NCBI GenBank assembly: GCA_036339465.1
Contig: JAYZAY010000060.1
Location: forward strand, 1-44,807
DNA: 44,807 nucleotides
Direction of reading: 5' to 3'
From: Myxococcota bacterium
GTDB taxonomy: Bacteria > Myxococcota > XYA12-FULL-58-9 > JABJBS01
Below the pieces are notes generated by a model, which searched no databases, had not been told where the DNA came from, and saw only the letters and a program-made list of their open reading frames with translations. Below, piece after piece: positions 43,469 to 44,807 of the stretch. Positions within the stretch are counted from its first letter, which is position 1, and each line of letters begins with the position of its first letter. The position numbers and the translations under genes are program-made.

Positions 43469-44807
43469 ATGGCGGATTTCTTTGGGTGGGTAGCAAAGCG
43501 GATTTCAAACCGACCTAGACCTTGGGTTATGGGGATGCTCTTGCTGGGGCTTGTGGCTGCGTGGCCAGCGTCAGAAGTGGAGTTGGACAACGACTTTAGG
43601 CAGTTCTTTGATACCGACAGTGCAGATTCCCAATTTTACGCTGCTTTTGAGGATTTATTTGGGACCGACGAAACCGGGTTGCTGATTCTCCTGGAACAGA
43701 AATCAGGGGATAGTTCAGCCCTGGTTCGGAAGGTCGAGCGTTTGAGCGCCGAGATTTTCGATTTGAAATTTGTAGAGCGGGTGGATTCAATCACCCAGAG
43801 TTCTTTGATGTTTTCCGGTGACGATGACGATTTGTTGGTAACGCCTGCTTTTGGTGAGAACTCAATGCTGGAGGGCTCGTTTTCTCAAAGGTTGGATTGG
43901 CTCAGGGCATCCTCATTGGCAGGGGAGCGTTTAATCTCGTCTGATGGGCGCTTAACGCTCATTCATGTCACCATGGAAAAGAAATACAGAGATGTGAAAT
44001 TCTTGTCTGAACCATTAGGCCAGGTTCGGTCCATTGTTAAGAATATCGTGGGTGAGGGTGGCGACGATTTTAATTATTACTACGGGGGTATTCCTTTTTC
44101 CCGTTTGGCGGCCATTGAGGTGATGCAGGGTGATCTAAGTTTACTCTTTCCCCTAACCTTAGTGGTGATTGCCGGTTTGCTTTATGTCCTATTTCGAAGA
44201 AAGCACGCGGTTATTCTACCCCTACTGGCCATTGTGGTGAGTTGTCTCATAACGCTGGCTGCGGCTCACTGGCTGAATTATAGTTTAAGTCCGCTCTCTT
44301 CTATCTTTCCGATTCTTTTATTGGTTATTGCGGTGGCTGATGGTGTGCATCTATTGAGCCGTTATCACGAAGAAAAGAGAAAGGGGGCGAGCTATCAAGA
44401 TGCGATACGGATAACGGTTCGTGAAGTGGGGTCGGCCTGTCTTCTAACGAGTTCAACCACGGCGGTCGGTTTTCTCTCTTTATGGATGACGGACCTAGAG
44501 ATTCTGAAATCCTTTGGTACGGTGGTTTCCATTGGGGTTATGACGGCTTTTGTGGTGGTGGTTGTTTTGGTTTCAGGGGGGGTGGCGGCAAGTAGGTCAG
44601 AGGCGGCGCAACCGGTGACCTTTGTCTTTTCCGGTTTGAGACGCTTCATGGAATGGTTTTTAACGCCAGCAAAGACCATGGTTGCAATTGTGGTGGGCTT
44701 GGCTTTTTGCTTGGGAGGGGTCCACTATAGTTCCATGATAAGGGTCAATCATTTTGTGAAAGATTCCATGAGTGATGAGCATGAGGTGAGCATCGGCAAT
44801 CATAAGT
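43469..44807 (+). CDS. MMPL/RND family transporter, partial (runs off the right edge)
   Basis: Manual translation from ATG 43469: MADFFGWVAKRI...ELDNDFRQFF...FEDLFGTDE...YYGGIPF...LLLVIAVADGVHLLSRYHEE...CLLTSSTTAVGFLSL...FG. Confidence 0.9.
   Translation, partial: MADFFGWVAKRISNRPRPWVMGMLLLGLVAAWPASEVELDNDFRQFFDTDSADSQFYAAFEDLFGTDETGLLILLEQKSGDSSALVRKVERLSAEIFDLKFVERVDSITQSSLMFSGDDDDLLVTPAFGENSMLEGSFSQRLDWLRASSLAGERLISSDGRLTLIHVTMEKKYRDVKFLSEPLGQVRSIVKNIVGEGGDDFNYYYGGIPFSRLAAIEVMQGDLSLLFPLTLVVIAGLLYVLFRRKHAVILPLLAIVVSCLITLAAAHWLNYSLSPLSSIFPILLLVIAVADGVHLLSRYHEEKRKGASYQDAIRITVREVGSACLLTSSTTAVGFLSLWMTDLEILKSFGTVVSIGVMTAFVVVVVLVSGGVAASRSEAAQPVTFVFSGLRRFMEWFLTPAKTMVAIVVGLAFCLGGVHYSSMIRVNHFVKDSMSDEHEVSIGNHK

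Noticed and set aside
1..44807. CRISPR arrays, IS elements, phage or defence genes
   Set aside because: No regularly spaced repeats, transposase, integrase or nuclease motifs seen.

Overview
Chromosomal window from a roughly 50% GC Myxococcota/deltaproteobacterial-type bacterium. The assignment rests on a MYXO-CTERM-like tail, a Ser/Thr kinase + TPR pair, Cys-rich lipoproteins and an FHA-GGDEF cyclase. The left part is the conserved tRNA-Val-infC-rpmI-rplT-pheST-ihfA-merR ... tRNA-Pro-surE-yqaA-nlpD block, with thrS and pcm absent and infC apparently starting at AUA. It is followed by a large lipoprotein, pgi, a DgcB-like FHA-GGDEF cyclase, a MutL lacking the endonuclease motif, a persulfide dioxygenase-rhodanese/TauE pair, GNAT, thiolase, an AGCS symporter and tRNA-Lys. 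The right part is accessory catabolism: a stand-alone plant-PYD1-like dihydropyrimidine dehydrogenase, a five-gene URC-type uracil degradation operon (mmsA-urc1-urc4-upp-udk), a fused E1 2-oxoacid dehydrogenase, an ethanolamine-type permease, a cupin, an amidohydrolase pair and a partial MMPL transporter. The most unusual signal is non-coding. Two long intergenic regions (about 9.2-9.95 kb and 34.3-35.2 kb) and most shorter spacers contain nested long helices whose G-U pairs consistently favour the + strand, suggesting unannotated large structured RNAs. All RNA folds were found by eye and need computational testing. No CRISPR array, IS element or integrase was seen.
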